From: an uncultured Chloroflexia bacterium
GTDB lineage: Bacteria > Chloroflexota > Limnocylindria > Limnocylindrales > CSP1-4
Direction: 5' to 3'
Assembly (NCBI GenBank): GCA_963765245.1
Contig: CAVXVP010000020.1
Location: 152,865-216,864 of the forward strand
DNA length: 64,000 nt
Below are positions 30,179 through 41,544 of this stretch, piece by piece (positions within the stretch are counted from its first letter, which is position 1; every line of letters begins with the position of its first letter). A program made the position numbers and the translations under genes. The notes under the pieces are model-generated. The model saw nothing but the letters and a program-made list of their open reading frames with translations, ran no database searches and had not been told where the DNA came from.

Positions 30179-32382
30179 CTAGTTGGCGGGGAGCACCGTG
30201 ACGCGGATCATCGTCGGGTCGGCGCCGGACGCCACGAGCGAGCCGCGCTCCGGGGTCACGATGTCGAGCAGGAGCAGGTACTGGCCGGGCGCTGTCGGCG
30301 CCACGAGGTCGAGCACGGTGTCGACCTTGACGCCGGGCTGGAGGCCGATCGGCAGCTCGGTGCGGACACTCTGGGCGGCGGGATCGGTCGGCAGGGCGGC
30401 TCCGAAGGAGAGCGGGACCCAGCGCCCGACAACGTCAGCGCCCTGTGCCGGGGCGCCGCCGCCGATGACGTCCGTGGCTGTCGCGATCGCGTCGTGACCC
30501 CAGGCCGTCAGGCCGAGGTTGATGGCGCGGACGTCGAGCTCGGCCTCGCTGCCGGCGGTCAGGTCGGCCGTCGGCGTGGCGAGGATCGCGCCGTCGAAGT
30601 CGCCGGTGACCCGGACGATGAGCGACGGGATGAGCGCCTGCGTTGCCGCGTCGTAGACGACGCCGTCCTTGTCGTGAAGCGTGATCGTCAGGCGGTACTT
30701 CCCGGGCGCGGTCGGCATCGACACCGGGATCGACAACGCCTTCTTGCCGATCTTGACGGGCGCCGGTGCGACGACATCGCCGACGCGCTCCGGGACGACA
30801 AGGTCGAGCTCATCTGCCGGGATCCCCAGCCGCGGCGTGACGTCGGCCTCCTCGACCGGTGGCGCGGCGAGCACATCGGACCCGGCCGGTCCACCGTCAC
30901 TCGCCCGGTTGTCGGCCGGCAGTGCGACCGAGGGGCCCTCCGCTTCGGGTGCCGCCGATCCCGATGGGCTGGCTTCGGGTGAGGCGCCAGGGCTCGCCTC
31001 GGCCGAAGCAGGGGTGGTCGGTGTCTCGGTCGTCGCGGACGGTGCAGCTGGGTCGGCTGCCTTCGTGACGTCCGCGATCGCGTCGTCCTGGGCCTTGGCG
31101 CCTTCGACGACCTGGTCGGCGCCGGCGTCGCCTTGGGCTTGGCGCTCTGGGCCTTGGCGCTCGGCGCCGGCTTGGCCGTCTTCGCCGGCTTGGCCGAAGC
31201 CGCTGCCGCAGGTGCCGCGGCTGGCTTCGGCGTGGCCGACGGGGTCTGTGTCTCGGAGCCGGCCGCGGCGGCCGGAGCGGCAGGTGCGCCATCGGACGTG
31301 GCGCCGACCTCATTCGCCGGGTCCGCCGGCGCGACCGCGACGTCGATCGGATCCCAGCGGACGCTCGCCTGGAGGCCCGTCGGGAGTGCCTTCCGATCCT
31401 TGATCTTGAACGCCACGTCGACATTGCCCTTGGTCCCGGCGGACGGGAGGCGCTTGATGTCCGGCGTGCTCAGAACGAGCTTGGTGCCGATCAGCGTCGG
31501 CGCGAGCGGGATGAGGGATTCGATCCCGGCGCTGGAGGTGGTGGCGTTGCCGTCATGTGGGGAGCCAGCCGCGCCGGCGAGCACGTCCCGCGAGGCCAGG
31601 CCGGTCTTCATCACCACCGAGCGGGTGAACCCGGACGTTGCGGTCTCGGTGTCCATCTGCGCGACGTAGCCGGCGCTGCGCTCGCTCTTGAATGCGAGGC
31701 GGTTGCGGTTCGCGCTCGGGGCGTTCGACCAGGCGCTCTGGATCGAGCGGTTGCCCGACAGGATCGTCTTGACGAAGTACGACGGGCTCGACCACGCCTC
31801 GGCGATCACCGCGGCGGCGCCGGCGCGGACGAACCCGGCGGCGTAGTTGTCGACGCGCTGCTTCGCCTGGATGAGGCTCCCCTCGGGCAGTCCGGGTTCA
31901 CTGTTGCCGCTCGCGTAGCACAGGTGATTGAGCAGGACGATCGCGTTCCTGGCGAGCTCGACCTGCCCGCCCACTGACGCCTCGCCGAAATACTGGTGGG
32001 TGTAGTCGTCGCCGCCCGCCTTCGGGTTCAGCCCGAACCCGTTCTGGGTCGGCGGGAACAGCGAGTCGCGGTATTTGCTCGGCCAGCCATTGCCGTGACC
32101 CATGTAGACCACGAGCGATGCGCCCTGGAGAGCCTCGCGCACCGCGGGCCACGTGGCGTTCGGCGAGTAGAGCTCGATGACGTCGGAGGTGTACTTGCGG
32201 GCGATCGCGGCAGCGGTTCGGGCCTGGGATCGGTACCCGTTTGTCGCGGCGCCGGCCGGCCCGACGACGAAGACGACCTTCGGCACTGCCTTCGTATTCG
32301 TCGCGGACGCAGCGAATGAAGCCGGCGCACAAAGGCCGACCGCAAGCAGTGCTACGACGATGGCAGCGCTAAGACGTCTCAC
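30179..32382 (-). CDS. Secreted multidomain protein: clan-CD-like peptidase domain, Pro/Ala/Lys linker, two Ig-like domains (frameshift near 31110)
   Basis: Signal peptide; VVYMGHG and [10 protein letters not shown]; [11 protein letters not shown] and [10 protein letters not shown] Ig-like strands. Confidence 0.7.
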
Positions 32383-32537
32383 GCGAAGGGCACTCTCCGT
32401 GTGGGGGACAACAGATTACTGCGGCCGACTCCCTCGCACCATACCTTTTCGACCTTATCCCGTGGTTGTCTGGACCGTATCTCGACGCGCTTTTGGTGCA
32501 CCGGCGCACCAGAAGGGGTCCGCGTACCATCGAAGGC

Positions 32538-34609
32538 ATGGCAAATCGCCTCGCGGGGGAGACCAGCCCCTACCTCCTCCAGCACGCGAACAACCCGGTC
32601 GACTGGTTTCCGTGGGGTCCCGACGCCCTCGCCCGGGCGAAGCTGCTGGACCGCCCGATCTTCCTGTCGATCGGCTACGCGGCCTGCCACTGGTGCCACG
32701 TGATGGAGCGCGAGTCGTTCGAGCACGAGCCGACGGCGCGCTACCTGAACGATCGGTTCGTGGCGATCAAGGTCGACCGCGAGGAGCGCCCCGACCTCGA
32801 CCAGGTCTACATGTCGGCGGTCCAGGCGATGACCGGTGGCGGTGGCTGGCCGATGTCGGTCTTCCTCACCCCCGAGGGGCGTCCGTTCTACGGTGGCACC
32901 TACTACCCCGACGAGCCGCGCCACGGGATGCCGTCGTTCCGGCAGGTGCTCGAGGGCGTCGATCGTGCCTGGCGCGAGCAGCGCGCCGACGTCGAGGCGG
33001 CCGGTGGACGGCTGGTCCAGGGACTGGTCGAGCAGTCGCGGCTCGAGGCCGGCGTCGACGACCCGACGCCGGGTCTGCTGGCCGCCGCTGCCGGCGCGAT
33101 CGAGGCCTCGTTCGATGCGGCCAACGGCGGCTGGGGCCGGGCGCCCAAGTTCCCGCAGCCGATGACCATCGAGTTCCTGCTCCGCCACCATCTCGCCACC
33201 GGCGATCCGCGTTCGCTGCTCGTCGCCCGACGATCGCTCGAGGCGATGGCCGACGGCGGGGTGCGCGACCAGCTGGGCGGCGGCTTCCATCGCTACTCGA
33301 CGGACGCCCACTGGCTGGTCCCGCACTTCGAGCAGATGCTCTACGACAACGCACAGCTCGCCCGGGTCTACCTGCACGCCTGGGCGCTGACCGGCGACCC
33401 CGACCTGCTCGCCGTCGCGACCGGGACGCTCGACTACATGCGGCGCGAGCTCACGACCGACGACGGCGCATTCGCCGCCAGCCAGGACGCCGACACCGAC
33501 GGCATCGAAGGCCTCACGTTCACCTGGCGTGCCACCGAGATCCGGGACGTGCTGGGCGACGCGGCCGACCTCTTCGCGGCGGCATATGGCGTGACCGAGG
33601 AGGGCAACTGGGAGGGTGTCACGATCCTGTCGCGGGTCGTGAACGACGCGGACCTTGCCGTTTCGTTCGGGATCTCGGCGTCGGACGTCGCGACGCGGCT
33701 GGCGCGATGCCCGGGCGCTGCTCCTCGCCCGTCGCGGCGAGCGGCCACAGCCTGCCCGTGACGGCAAGGCGCTGGCGGCCTGGAACGGACTCGCGATCGC
33801 GGCGTTCGCCGATGCGGCCGCGGCCCTCGAGTCGAGCGATCCTGCGCGGGCCATGGGCTATCTGGACGCCGCGGAACGCGCAGCCGGCACGATCGTCGGC
33901 GGCCTCCTCCGGCCCGACGGTTCGCTCGGCCGGTCGTGGAAGGACGGGCGCGCCGTCGGCAACGGCGTGCTCGAGGACTACACCCATCTGACTGATGGCC
34001 TCCTTGCACTATATGAGGCGTCTTTCGGGGCCAAATGGTTCAAAATCGCGACGGCGCTGATGGATCGCGTGCTCGTGCACTTCGCAGATCCGGCCGGGGG
34101 CTTCTTCGACACCGCCGACGATCACGAACGCCTGGTGACCCGACCCAAAGACGTTCAGGACAACGCGGTCCCGTCCGGGAACGCGATGGCGGCGCGAGTC
34201 CTGCTGCGGCTCGGCGCCTGGACGGGCGAGGGTCGTTACCGAGATGCCGCCGAGCGGGCGATCCGCTCGGTCGTGCCGTTCGTCAGCCCGCTACCCGACG
34301 GGCTTCGCGCAGTGGCTGAGCGCGATGGACCTGGCGCTCGCGCCGGTCGTCGAGGTCGCGATCGTCGGACAGCCCGGGGACGCGGCGACGGCGGCACTCA
34401 TCGCCGAGACGCGGCGGGGTTTCCGCCCCAACCAGGTCACCGCTGTCGCCGCCGATCCGGCCGCGAGCGCGATCCCGCTCATGGCCGATCGGGTCGCCAT
34501 CGATGGCCGCGCGACCGCGTACGTCTGCCGCGCCTTCGCCTGCCGGCTCCCGGTCGGCGAGGCCGATGCGCTGCGCGCCCAGCTCGAAGCCGCCGCGACC
34601 GGTGGCTGA
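32538..34609 (+). CDS. Thioredoxin-domain protein, YyaL/SSP411 family (frameshifts near 33715, 34290)
   Basis: [72 protein letters not shown]. Confidence 0.93.
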
Positions 34610-35118
34610 CGCCGCTCCGGCCTTCACGATCCGCGAGATCCAGCCGGCCGAGTACGAGGAACTCGGCGAGGTCACGGTTCGGGCGTATGCGGCGATCCCG
34701 GGCGACGACGTCGACTACCACCCGCAACTCCGGAACGTGGCGCGACGCGCGGGGCGCATCCCTGTCCTGGTCGCCGTCGATGCCGGACGGGCGGGTGCTC
34801 GGTGGCGTTGCCTATGTGCCTGGGGCCGGCGCTCCGTACTCGGAATCGGAGCGTGGCAACGAGGCCGGGTTCCGGATGCTCGCCGTCGATCCGTCGGCCG
34901 GCGGGCGGGGGATCGGCCGGGCGCTCGCGCAGGCATGCATCGACCGGGCGCGAGCCGAGGGCCGGAGCGGCGTCGCGATCCTGACCCGGCCGTCGCGGCC
35001 GGTCGCCCAGGGGCTCTACACGTCGCTCGGATTCGTCCGCGACCCGTCGCGCGACATCGAATACGACCCGGGCCACTGGCTGTGGTCGTTCGTCCTGACC
35101 TTCGACGAAGCCCCGTGA
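34602..35118 (+). CDS. GNAT N-acetyltransferase (frameshift near 34785)
   Basis: IREIQPAEYEELGEVTVRAY; FRMLAVDPSAGGRGIGRAL; LYTSLGFVR. Confidence 0.85.
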
Positions 35119-36407
35119 CCTTCGAGGCTGTCGAGCCACGCCTGGCGGCGACGGTCGTCCTGCTGCGTGAGGGACGGAGCGGCCCCGAGGTCCTCCTGAC
35201 GCGGCGACCGTCGTCGATGGCGTTCGCGGCGGACATGCACGTCTTCCCCGGCGGCCGTCTCGACCGCGGCGATTCGGACCCCGCGCTGGTCGAGCGGGCG
35301 GCGACCGATCCGGCCGAGGCAGCCGTGGCGCTCGGCGGCGACCTGGAGCCGTCGGTGGCGATCGGCCTCCACATCGCCGCGATCCGCGAGCTGTTCGAGG
35401 AGGCGGGCGTCCTCCTGGCCGAGGCTCGCGACGGTGGCCTCGCGTCCGCGATCCGTCTCGCAGGCGCGGACCGCGCTGGTGGGCGGCGACGCGAGCTTCG
35501 CCCAGATCGCGCTCGACCTCGACCTGCGGCTGCGGACCGACCTGCTGACGCCGCTCTCGAGATGGGTGACGCCACCGATCCTGCCGCGCCGGTTCGACGC
35601 GCGCTTCTTCGTCGCGGAGCTGCCGGCGGGCGCACGCGTCACGTTCGAAGGAGACGAGGTCGCCGGGCACGCCTGGCTGACGCCGGCGGCCGGGCTGGAG
35701 CGCGATGGCCGACGGCCACCTGGCGATGTGGATCCCGACGAGCACGACACTCCAGCAACTCGAGTTCGTGCGCTCGATCGACGAGATCCGGGCACGGCTC
35801 TCACCCGGCCGGCTGGGCGAGATCGGGGTCGAGGAGCTCTCGCCCGAGGTCACGCGGATCGTGATGCCGGCCGGCGGTGGCGTGGCCGGGCAGCCGGTCT
35901 CGGCGTACCTCGTCGGGCGCCGCCGGTTCGTGCTCGTCGACCCGGGCGATCCGACCGGTCCGGCGCTCGATCGCGCGCTCGAGATCGCGGCGTCGCGCGA
36001 CGGGCCGATCGAGGCGGTCGCGCTCACCCACGTCGACCCGGACCATGCCGCCGGGACCGAGGCCGTGGCGGAGCGACTCGGGATCCCGGTCCTCGCCGGT
36101 CCGGGCGGCGGTCGGCCGCTGCCGTACGCGGTCCGAGAGCTCGCCGACCTCGAGCGCCTGGACGCCGGCGACGTCCCACTCCGGGCGATCCTGACGCCCG
36201 GTCCGCGACCGGACCACGTCGCCTACCTCGCAGACAGCGGGGAGTTCGTCCTCGTCGGCGATCTCGACGGGCCGCGCGGCGCCCGCTCCATCCTCGCGCC
36301 CGCCGGACGAAGGCGCCTGGGCGTCCTCGCTCGAGCGCCTCGCCGGCCTGGCGCCGACCGCACACCGCCTGACCGGGCATCCGGCGACTCTCGACGACCC
36401 GGTTTGA
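35115..36407 (+). CDS. NUDIX + metallo-beta-lactamase-fold fusion protein (frameshifts near 35450, 35690, 36300)
   Basis: EVLLTRRPSSMAFAADMHVFPGG, AAIRELFEEAG, WVTPP..PRRFDARFF; VLVDPG, LTHVDPDH, LVGD, TGH. Confidence 0.75.
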
Positions 36408-36408
36408 C

Positions 36409-37467
36409 GTGACGTCGCGCGACCGCGACCCTGCCCGGATGCACGACGACACCACCGAAGACGACATCACCGAAGCGCCCGTCCCGGGCGGCCCACTCGC
36501 GGTCGGCGGCCTCCATCCGCTGGCCTGGGTCTTCATCCTCCTGGCCCTCGTGGACCTCGTCTGGTTCATCGTCAACGCGGGATCGGCGCAGATGACCTCG
36601 CTGACCGATTACGCGTTCTATGGCCTCCAGATCCTCCCCGCGGTCGCGGCGGTCCTGTTCCCGGCCGCATTGCTCGCCCGCCATCCGGACGCGGCCACAC
36701 GGATGCCCGTCCTGCTCCTCGGCACGATCCTGTTCGCGCTCGTCCAGCTCCTGTTGATCCTGGCGACGCCGCTCGCCCCGTCGTTCGAGGCCGCGACGCC
36801 CACGAGCGACGACGTCCCGTTCGTGGCGATGGCCGAGCTGTACAACGGCCTGACGCTGGCCGTCGCAGCCCTCGGTCTCGCCTTCATCGCGCGCGGCCTC
36901 TCGCTGGCCCGCCAGTTCGAGGACCGGGTCGGGGCCTGGATCGACTGGGTCGTGCCGCTGGCGACGGCGTTCGCCGACGGTGTTCGGGATCGTCGGGGCC
37001 ACCCGGCTCGAGCTCGGCGCGACGGTCCCGCCGATCGTGTCGATCTACATCGGCTCGAGCGTCCTGCTCGGCATCCTGCGCGTGGCGGCCTGGGCGTATC
37101 TGCTGGCAAGCGCCATTCGCGGTGCCCTCGCCGGCGAGGAGCCGAGCACCGGCTGGCGTTTCGCGGCGTGGGGAGCCGGGATCGTCCTGTTCGCGCTCGT
37201 GCTGGTCAACCTCGTCGGCCTGATCGACGGTCCCGGAGGCATGGATCATCGATGCCTACCAGTGGACCGTCGTGATCGCCTATGCCCTCGGTCACCTGTT
37301 CCTGCTGGTCGGCTTCACCCTCGGGCTGCCGTCACTCGACCCGGTCGATGACGACGACATCGAGGACGCCGAGGATCGCGGACTACGACGAGGACAACGA
37401 CGACGGGTTCGAGGAGACGGAGGACGACTTCGAGGACGACCCGGTCTACGACGACGAGACGCGGTAG
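36409..37467 (+). CDS. Polytopic membrane protein with acidic C-terminal tail (frameshifts near 36975, 37245, 37375)
   Basis: Multiple hydrophobic segments across stitched frames; tail DDDDIEDAE.DYDEDNDDGFEETEDDFEDDPVYDDETR*. Confidence 0.65.
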
Positions 37468-37477
37468 GGGCCGGCCG

Positions 37478-38080
37478 TCAGGCTCGGTCGGTGGGGAGTG
37501 CCGAGCTGATGTTGCGCAGGAAGTTGATCCCCTCGTCGACCGATTTGGTCGGCGCGTACGGGCCGGGCAGCAGGATGCACGGCCGACCGGCGAGGGCGAC
37601 ACCGGGCAGGTGACCCCACGGCTCGGTCAGCTGCCGGCCGGCGCAGGCGTTCGCCGCGCGCTTGTAGATGAAGACCACCGCGGCCGGTCGCCAGATCGCG
37701 ATCTTCTGCCAGAGCGGCCCGACCCCAGCCGTCAGCGCCGCATCCGTCGCCTCATCACGGGGTGTCGGGAGCTTGATCAGGTCGGTGATCCCGTGGCCGG
37801 CGGCCATCAGCGCGTCGTCGGCCGTCTCGATCGGCGTCCCGCGCGGGATGACGCCGGCCGTCATCAGGCGCCGCCAGAACGTCTGGCCGAGGCGGCCCTG
37901 GTGATAGTGGCCGGCCTCGACGCTGACCGGCGACGGGTTGAGTCCCACGAACAGCAACCGATCGCGCAGTGGCGGGAGGTCGGCCAGGGTCTCGACCTGC
38001 TCACCGTCGATGAGAGTCGTGATGCGATGGAGACCCGGTTCCGGGCGCCTCGTCAGGTCGGTCAGGTCGTCAGGGAGCAT
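37478..38080 (-). CDS. Uracil-DNA glycosylase superfamily (Mug/TDG-like) protein
   Basis: LLFVGLNPSPVSVEAGHYHQG...FWRRL...GITDL. Confidence 0.8.
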   Translation of the reverse strand: MLPDDLTDLTRRPEPGLHRITTLIDGEQVETLADLPPLRDRLLFVGLNPSPVSVEAGHYHQGRLGQTFWRRLMTAGVIPRGTPIETADDALMAAGHGITDLIKLPTPRDEATDAALTAGVGPLWQKIAIWRPAAVVFIYKRAANACAGRQLTEPWGHLPGVALAGRPCILLPGPYAPTKSVDEGINFLRNISSALPTDRA

Positions 38081-38126
38081 GTGAGGGGATCCGAGCGGGA
38101 CGTCGACGCGCCGCGTGGCGGCTCGC

Positions 38127-38333
38127 TCAGGCCGGCCCGTCGCCGCTGGTGTCGCTGGGCGGCGTGCTGTCGCTGGCACGCGCCTGGATCTCCGCCTGGG
38201 CCTTGGTCGCCTCGGTCTTCGCTTCCTTCACGCCGCGCCCGAGCGCCTCACCGAGCTTGGGGAGAGTCTTCGGTCCGCGCCACATGACGACGAGGACGAG
38301 CACGACGATCAGGATGATGAGCAGGGAGTCCAT
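38127..38333 (-). CDS. tatA: Twin-arginine translocase TatA/E subunit
   Basis: LLIILIIVLVLVVMWRGPKTLPKLGEALGRGVKEAK. Confidence 0.88.
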   Translation of the reverse strand: MDSLLIILIVVLVLVVMWRGPKTLPKLGEALGRGVKEAKTEATKAQAEIQARASDSTPPSDTSGDGPA

Positions 38334-38375
38334 GCGCGGATGGTACAGCGCGCCGTGTTGGCTTAGCGTTGCACG

Positions 38376-38835
38376 ATGAGCCGGGAAGTCGAAGACATGA
38401 ATCGCCGCCTCCTTCGGGCCCGCGACGCCATGGACCGCGCCTACGCCGAGCCGCTCGATGTCCGCACCGTGGCCGCCGTGGCGCACGTCTCTGAGGCGCA
38501 TTTCAGCCGCAGCTTCCGCGCCGTCTTCGGGGAGACGCCCCATCGGTACCTGCAACGGAGACGAGTCGAGCGGTCGATGTTCCTCCTGCGCGAGACCGAC
38601 CGCAGCGTCACCGACATCTGCCTCGATGTCGGTTTCACCAGCTTGGGGACCTTCAGTCGCATGTTCCGGGAGATCGTCGGCGAGACGCCGTCGGGCTTAC
38701 CGCTTGGGACACGGGCCGGTCGTGGCGCCCCACTGCGTCCAGCTGGCGGCGATGCGCCCGCGGGAATCCGCCGCGGATACGGCGGGTTCGAGCAGTTTTG
38801 GAGAAGCGGTTGCGGCCGATCGCCCCCTAGGGTGA
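38376..38835 (+). CDS. AraC family transcriptional regulator (frameshift near 38695)
   Basis: RARDAMDRAYAEPLDV, SEAHFSRSFRAVFGETPHRYL, SVTDICLDVGFTSLGTFS. Confidence 0.9.
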
Positions 38836-38871
38836 GTGATGTCGCACCGACATCACAGAGGAGGACCACGG

Positions 38872-39303
38872 ATGATCACCATGCTGAACGTCGCCTCGAT
38901 CTACGTCCTCGACAAGGACGAGGCGCTCGACTTCTACGTCAACAAGCTCGGGCTCGAGAAGGGCAACGACGTCCGCCAGGGCGACTACCGCTGGCTGACG
39001 GTCCGCGTTCCGGGCCAGCCGGGCACCGAGGTGTCGCTGGAGCAGCCTGGATCGCCGCTCCATGACGAGGCCACCGCGGCGCAGCTCCGCGAGCTCATCA
39101 CCAAGGGGGCCTTGGGCGGCCTCGTGTTCATCACCGACGATGCCCAGGGCCTCTACGAGACGCTCAAGGAGCGCGGCGTCACCGACTTCACCCAGGAGCC
39201 GACCGAGCACTTCTACGGAACCGACATGGGTCTGCGCGACCCGTTCGGCAACCCGATCCGGATCCTCCAGCAGGGGAAGGCCAAGGCGAAGGCCTCAGCC
39301 TGA
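38872..39303 (+). CDS. VOC/glyoxalase family protein
   Basis: IYVLDKDEALDFYVNKLG, RWLTV, YGTDMGLRDPFGN; GAGGAG RBS. Confidence 0.9.
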   Translation: MITMLNVASIYVLDKDEALDFYVNKLGLEKGNDVRQGDYRWLTVRVPGQPGTEVSLEQPGSPLHDEATAAQLRELITKGALGGLVFITDDAQGLYETLKERGVTDFTQEPTEHFYGTDMGLRDPFGNPIRILQQGKAKAKASA

Positions 39304-39323
39304 CCCTTCCGGCCTCGCTCGGC

Positions 39324-39749
39324 CTAGCGCCGTCGTTCCGGAGCTGGCGGCGACTTCGGTCGGAGCGCGACCGGGATGACGAAGCGGAGCGCGGTGTGGG
39401 TCGCCGAGAAGGCGGCGACCTTGTTGTCGACGAGGCCCGCCCCTTTCGCGACATCGAGGATCTCTTCGTAGCGGAGGGTGGCTGCCTTCCCTTTTCGCGA
39501 CACGACCCAGATCGCGCCGTTCGGACGGATGCGGGAGGCCAGCACCGGGAGTAGCTCGAGGTCGGCGGGTGCCTCGGCGCCGAACAGGACCACGTCGGTC
39601 TCGGGCTTGGGCTCGCCCTCGGTCAGGTCGGTCGTCCGCTCTGCGATGAGCCGCCGGATCTCGGGGTCGTCGATGTCGATCAGGGCCACGCGCATCCCCG
39701 GGCGGATCCCGAGCTTGTCGAGCAGCGGCGTGGTGTAGACCCGTTCCAT
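39324..39749 (-). CDS. DUF3052-like protein
   Basis: TPLLDKLGIRPG, GAIWVVSRKG, GLVDNKVAAFS.THTALRFV. Confidence 0.75.
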   Translation of the reverse strand: MERVYTTPLLDKLGIRPGMRVALIDIDDPEIRRLIAERTTDLTEGEPKPETDVVLFGAEAPADLELLPVLASRIRPNGAIWVVSRKGKAATLRYEEILDVAKGAGLVDNKVAAFSATHTALRFVIPVALRPKSPPAPERRR

Positions 39750-39769
39750 CGCCGGTATCGTGCCATGCG

Positions 39770-41480
39770 ATGTTGCTGGTGTACGGACCGCGCTCCGCGT
39801 CGTACGACTTCGGACCCGGCCATCCGCTGACACCGCGGCGGTTCGGTCCGGGGATCGAGTTGATGCGGGCCGTTGGCGCCGAGCCGGGACTTGCGCCCGA
39901 GCCAGCCCCCGACGACGAGTTGCTGTGGTCGCATTCGCGCCGCTACATCGAGGCGGTCAAGCGGTTCTCGGTGGATCCGTTCGGGCCGCCTGAGGCAGGC
40001 ATCGGCGAGGGCGGTGACGATCCGCCGTTCGCCGGGATGCACGAGGCCGGGGCGATGGTCGCCGGCGGGTCGATCCGGGGGATCGAGGCGGTGCTGCGCG
40101 GCGACGTCGAGCACGCCTTCCATCCGGGTGGCGGGCTCCATCACGCGATGCCCGACCGGGCCTCGGGGTTCTGCATCTACGACGACCCGGCGCTGGCGAT
40201 CGCCCGTGCGCGGCGGGACGGGCTGCGCGTTCTGTACGTGGACCTCGACGTCCATCACGGCGACGGGGTCCAGGCGATCCACTGGGACGACCCTGGCGTG
40301 TTGACCCTGTCCTTCCACGAGAGCGGGCGGTACCTGTTCCCAGGGACGGGCGGGGTAGGGGAGCTGGGCGAGGGGGCGGCCGCCGGCACGTCCGTGAACG
40401 TGCCGCTGGAGCCGGAGACCGGCGAGGGTGCGTGGCTCGCCGCGGTCCAGGTGCTGCTCCCCGAATTGGCCGCCGCGTTCGGGCCGGACCTGATCGTGTC
40501 GCAGCACGGCGCCGATTCGCATGCCTGGGATCCGCTCGCGCACCTGCGGGTGACGACGACCGCGATGGGCGAGGCGGCTCGGCTGGTCGACCGGGTGGCG
40601 CACCGGTACGCGCGCGGACGCTGGCTGGCGACCGGTGGCGGCGGGTACGACGCGTACCGGGTCGTGCCACGCAGCTGGAGCCTCGTCTGGCTGGCCGGGG
40701 CGCATCGCGAGGTCCCGTCGGCGACGCCCGTCGAGTGGCGCGAGCGCTGGGCGGCCGAGGGCGCGCGGTACGGCCAGGCGCCACTCCCCGCGACGTTCGA
40801 GGATGCCCCGAACGCGGGCATCGAGATGGACGCGTCACAGGCCATGGCCGAGGCCCGCGGGCTCGAGACGGTCGGGATCGTGCGGCGGCTTGTCGTGCCA
40901 CGACTGCTCCAGGTCGCACGGGATCGCGGCTGGTGGGACCCGCTCGCGTCGAGCTCGGACGCCGGGTCTGGTGGCGCCGCGGCGGCGCCGGGCGGCGAGG
41001 ACCCCGACGATCATCCATCCCGACTCTGCGACGTGGGAGCGACTCAGCCTGGCGCCGCGCGTCGTGGCCCCGTCAGACCCGACTGCCGGGTACGCCCTCA
41101 TCCGAGCGGCCATCGCCGACGGCGCGAACGTGACGGCTGCGGTCGAGGGGACGATCGTCGTCGGCGTCGCGATCGCTGGTCCTTCTGACGACCATGGCCG
41201 CCGCGAACTGCTCGCTCTTGGCGTTGCCCCATCGTTCCGCCATCAGGGCCTCGGGACGGCCCTCCTCGAGGCCTGCGTCACCTCCGGCGGCCCCGCCGCG
41301 GAATACACGGCCGACATCACCCTCGCCGAACGCGACCCCATCGAACCTCTCGATCGAGGGCTTCGCGCACATATCGCTCGTCGCCTGCTCGAGGGTGCCG
41401 GTTTTAGGATCGAGCCCGCCGATCCGGCCCTGCGAGGGCCCGACCCGGCTGCCATTCGAGCCGTTCGCTCCGCGGTCTGA
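39770..41480 (+). CDS. acuC: AcuC-like (HDAC family) deacetylase, apparently fused via a frameshift near 41000 to a GNAT domain
   Basis: GHPLTP, GGGLHHA, ASGFCIYDD, YVDLDVHHGDGV, SFHESG..LFPGTG, QHGADSH, GGGGY; then LLALGVAPSFRHQGLGTALL. Confidence 0.85.
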
Positions 41481-41544
41481 ATCGAACACCCCGATCCGCT
41501 CTCGCATTCCCGGGGCGTTCAAGCGGCCACGCCGCACGAAGTCG

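Noticed and set aside
33985-34046. Diversity-generating retroelement variable region
   Set aside because: No reverse transcriptase or template repeat in the window, and the changes are not adenine-specific
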